A model generated the notes under the pieces. The model did no database searches and had not been told where the DNA came from. It worked only from the letters and a program-made list of their open reading frames with translations. Made by a program: the position numbers and the translations under genes. From Promethearchaeota archaeon (GTDB taxonomy: Archaea; Asgardarchaeota; Lokiarchaeia; Sigyniarchaeales; SOKP01): a stretch of 49,276 bases of DNA. Below, in pieces: positions 47,807 to 49,276 of the stretch. Location of the stretch: contig JBHLNY010000002.1 in assembly GCA_048941065.1 (NCBI GenBank), forward strand, positions 1 to 49,276, given 5' to 3'. The stretch's first letter is position 1. Each line of letters begins with the position of its first letter.

Positions 47807-48478
47807 TTAACAATGAAAATATTTAAAGATGACCTGAAGGATAAGATCCTTAAAACAATTGATAACATTCTCTCCTTGCAAAGCTACTGTTGGATATATT
47901 ACATAAGTACCATCTGGATAGGTTTCTTCTAAGGGTAATCCTAACTGAACCTTAAACTTTTCAATTGGAATTGCTTTTTTTAGATCTCTCTTATTTAACT
48001 GAACTAGATATGGAATTTTTCTTGCTCTAGCGAAACTTATCAATTCCCTAAAACTTCTTTTATTTTGTTCGATCTTATCAGGTGAAGAATCTCCAACAAA
48101 TATAATCCCATCAGCTCCATCCAAAACATACTCACGAGTCGATAAAAAGCGTTCTTGACCTGTACAGGTTACCACATGCGTAATGATATTATATTTTATG
48201 TCATTAAGTGCAAACTTAAACAATAAATATAAAGAATCTTCCCAGAGTGTCCTTCCTTCTGTAGTATCAATCGAATACCCCCTTGTTAATTTTAATAGCT
48301 CAAATTTTTCACGTAATCGAAAGAAATTCGTGGTCTTCCCACTTTCACCTGGACCCCAATAAACAATCTTAAACTGGATCATGTTCTCATTATCATTAAA
48401 GTCAAAATCTTCACTAATTTCTAATTCTGGTTCCTTCTCTTCACCTATCTCAAATTCATCCTCGCTTGGAAGTTCCAT
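47807..48478 (-). CDS. mglA: MglA-family small Ras-like GTPase with acidic N-terminal extension
   Basis: KIVYWGPGESGKTTN (G1), GRTLWED (switch I with conserved Arg), TCTGQE (G3 with Thr in place of Asp, the MglA hallmark), NKRD (G4) and VALQGENV (G5). The ATG at 48478 is preceded by GGTGA with a 4-nt spacer. Confidence 0.88.
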   Translation of the reverse strand: MELPSEDEFEIGEEKEPELEISEDFDFNDNENMIQFKIVYWGPGESGKTTNFFRLREKFELLKLTRGYSIDTTEGRTLWEDSLYLLFKFALNDIKYNIITHVVTCTGQERFLSTREYVLDGADGIIFVGDSSPDKIEQNKRSFRELISFARARKIPYLVQLNKRDLKKAIPIEKFKVQLGLPLEETYPDGTYVIYPTVALQGENVINCFKDLILQVIFKYFHC

Positions 48479-48498
48479 AAAATCACCTATGACATTAG

Positions 48499-49047
48499 TT
48501 AGGAAATTGTACCAATCTTATCTTTAAAAATCTCTTTCTTCAGTTTGTTGATGTGTGCTTTAATCTCTTCTTCAGACATTCTTAACGTTTCTTTCATCTT
48601 TTCATTTTTTTTAATTTCTTCCCGAATTTTTAGAGCAAAATTACTCATTTGCAAGATTATTACCCCTAAATTGACTTCATTATCGGTCAATATAACTACT
48701 AAAATATCTCGCTTACCCTTTTTCTGAAGCTCCACTTTCCCTATGGACTTAACAAACAGCCGCATATCTCGATAAATTAAGGATGCCCGTTCTAACTCTT
48801 CAGTCTCAAAAAAGTCTTGACCTTGCCGTGCTACTCCGTATAATGCAGCACCAATGGAGCTTAAATCCCAATAATTTAACTTTCTGTCAAATCGGGAGTC
48901 GATGGCGATAATCTTTGCGTCTTGGTCGATGGCTATTAGTCCGTAAATGTATCCCTTTCTGGTTAATTTACCATAATTATATCTAATCTCGTCCAACACT
49001 TCAGTTATTTTATTTTCATACAAAACTTTTGGTATATGAGTTATCAT
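48499..49047 (-). CDS. mglB: Roadblock/LC7 (MglB-like) protein with C-terminal charged helix
   Basis: 182 aa. The pattern GLIAIDQDAKIIAIDS...LSSIGAALYGVARQG...ASLIYRDMRLFVKSIG...ILVVILTDNEVNLGVI fits the roadblock alpha-beta-alpha fold. It sits directly upstream of the MglA-type GTPase. Confidence 0.75.
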   Translation of the reverse strand: MITHIPKVLYENKITEVLDEIRYNYGKLTRKGYIYGLIAIDQDAKIIAIDSRFDRKLNYWDLSSIGAALYGVARQGQDFFETEELERASLIYRDMRLFVKSIGKVELQKKGKRDILVVILTDNEVNLGVIILQMSNFALKIREEIKKNEKMKETLRMSEEEIKAHINKLKKEIFKDKIGTIS

Positions 49048-49093
49048 TTTTATTTTTTAAAATTGTAATTTTAATGATAACAAATTATGGTGG

Positions 49094-49104
49094 ATATATT
49101 TAAA
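49094..49104 (-). promoter_or_regulatory. TATA-like box upstream of the roadblock-GTPase operon
   Basis: Minus-strand TTTAAATATAT lies about 50 nt upstream of the ATG at 49047. There is no SD before this first gene. Confidence 0.3.
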
Positions 49105-49276
49105 GGAAAAAAAAGAAAAAATGATTAGAACATATTTCGATTGTCACTAGTAAAAATTATAAAATTGTAGTAAATTTCTGGTAAAATATTATATTTAACA
49201 AAATGTAATATTTTTTCTTTTTCTAATATATATGAAGATAATCTCTTAACTAATTTCTAAACTGCTTTTCTTTGTA

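Noticed and set aside
47807-47821. C-terminal cysteine of the MglA-like GTPase (...KYFHC) as a possible prenylation site
   Set aside because: There is no CaaX, CC or CxC context. A single terminal Cys is insufficient evidence.
1-49276. Scan for CRISPR arrays, rRNA, tRNA, transposases/IS elements and inteins
   Set aside because: By eye I found no regularly spaced direct repeats, no rRNA- or tRNA-like G+C-rich blocks, no transposase or integrase motifs and no intein-like insertions in RFC, DnaK or TFB. A tRNAscan/Infernal run would be needed to be certain.

Overview
This is an AT-rich window, roughly 30% G+C by eye, and it is clearly archaeal. It carries TFB, an RFC clamp-loader gene set and a tungsten-type aldehyde:ferredoxin oxidoreductase. 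The low G+C and the MglA-type GTPase/roadblock pair fit an Asgard (Lokiarchaeia-like) or similar uncultivated archaeon, but that placement is inference only. All family calls come from motifs I recognise in the translated ORFs. No database search was possible.

Content, left to right:
- Redox and hydrolase genes: an Fe-S protein, a SAM methyltransferase, an amidase plus a duplicated 5' remnant of it, a GH4 glycosidase, a ferredoxin-nitroreductase fusion and AOR.
- Pyruvate kinase.
- A tandem MoaD/ThiS ubiquitin-like protein ending in GGG, then a TIGR04076-like protein, a standalone HIRAN protein and a radical SAM protein.
- An island of small orphan zinc-ribbon, wHTH and RHH genes.
- A grpE-dnaK-dnaJ operon followed by tfb.
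- An amidohydrolase and a class II FBP aldolase.
- A FixC/FixX pair divergent from a GlcD-like / CCG Fe-S / GlcD-like operon, plus an SCP2-like gene.
- A coiled-coil wHTH protein, an MFS transporter, PepT, a crotonase, a membrane acyltransferase and a membrane protein.
- A GNAT-rfcS-(degenerate rfcS paralogue)-rfcL operon.

The best candidate for an undescribed system is the co-directional minus-strand cluster at 42.0-49.1 kb. It runs roadblock/MglB-like, MglA-type GTPase, a 379-aa orphan, a 174-aa two-TM protein, a 415-bp structured spacer, then a 1198-aa orphan built from repeated modules. The 379-aa and 1198-aa proteins share a recognisable module, which ties the giant protein to the GTPase switch.

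I found no rRNA, tRNA, CRISPR array or transposase.
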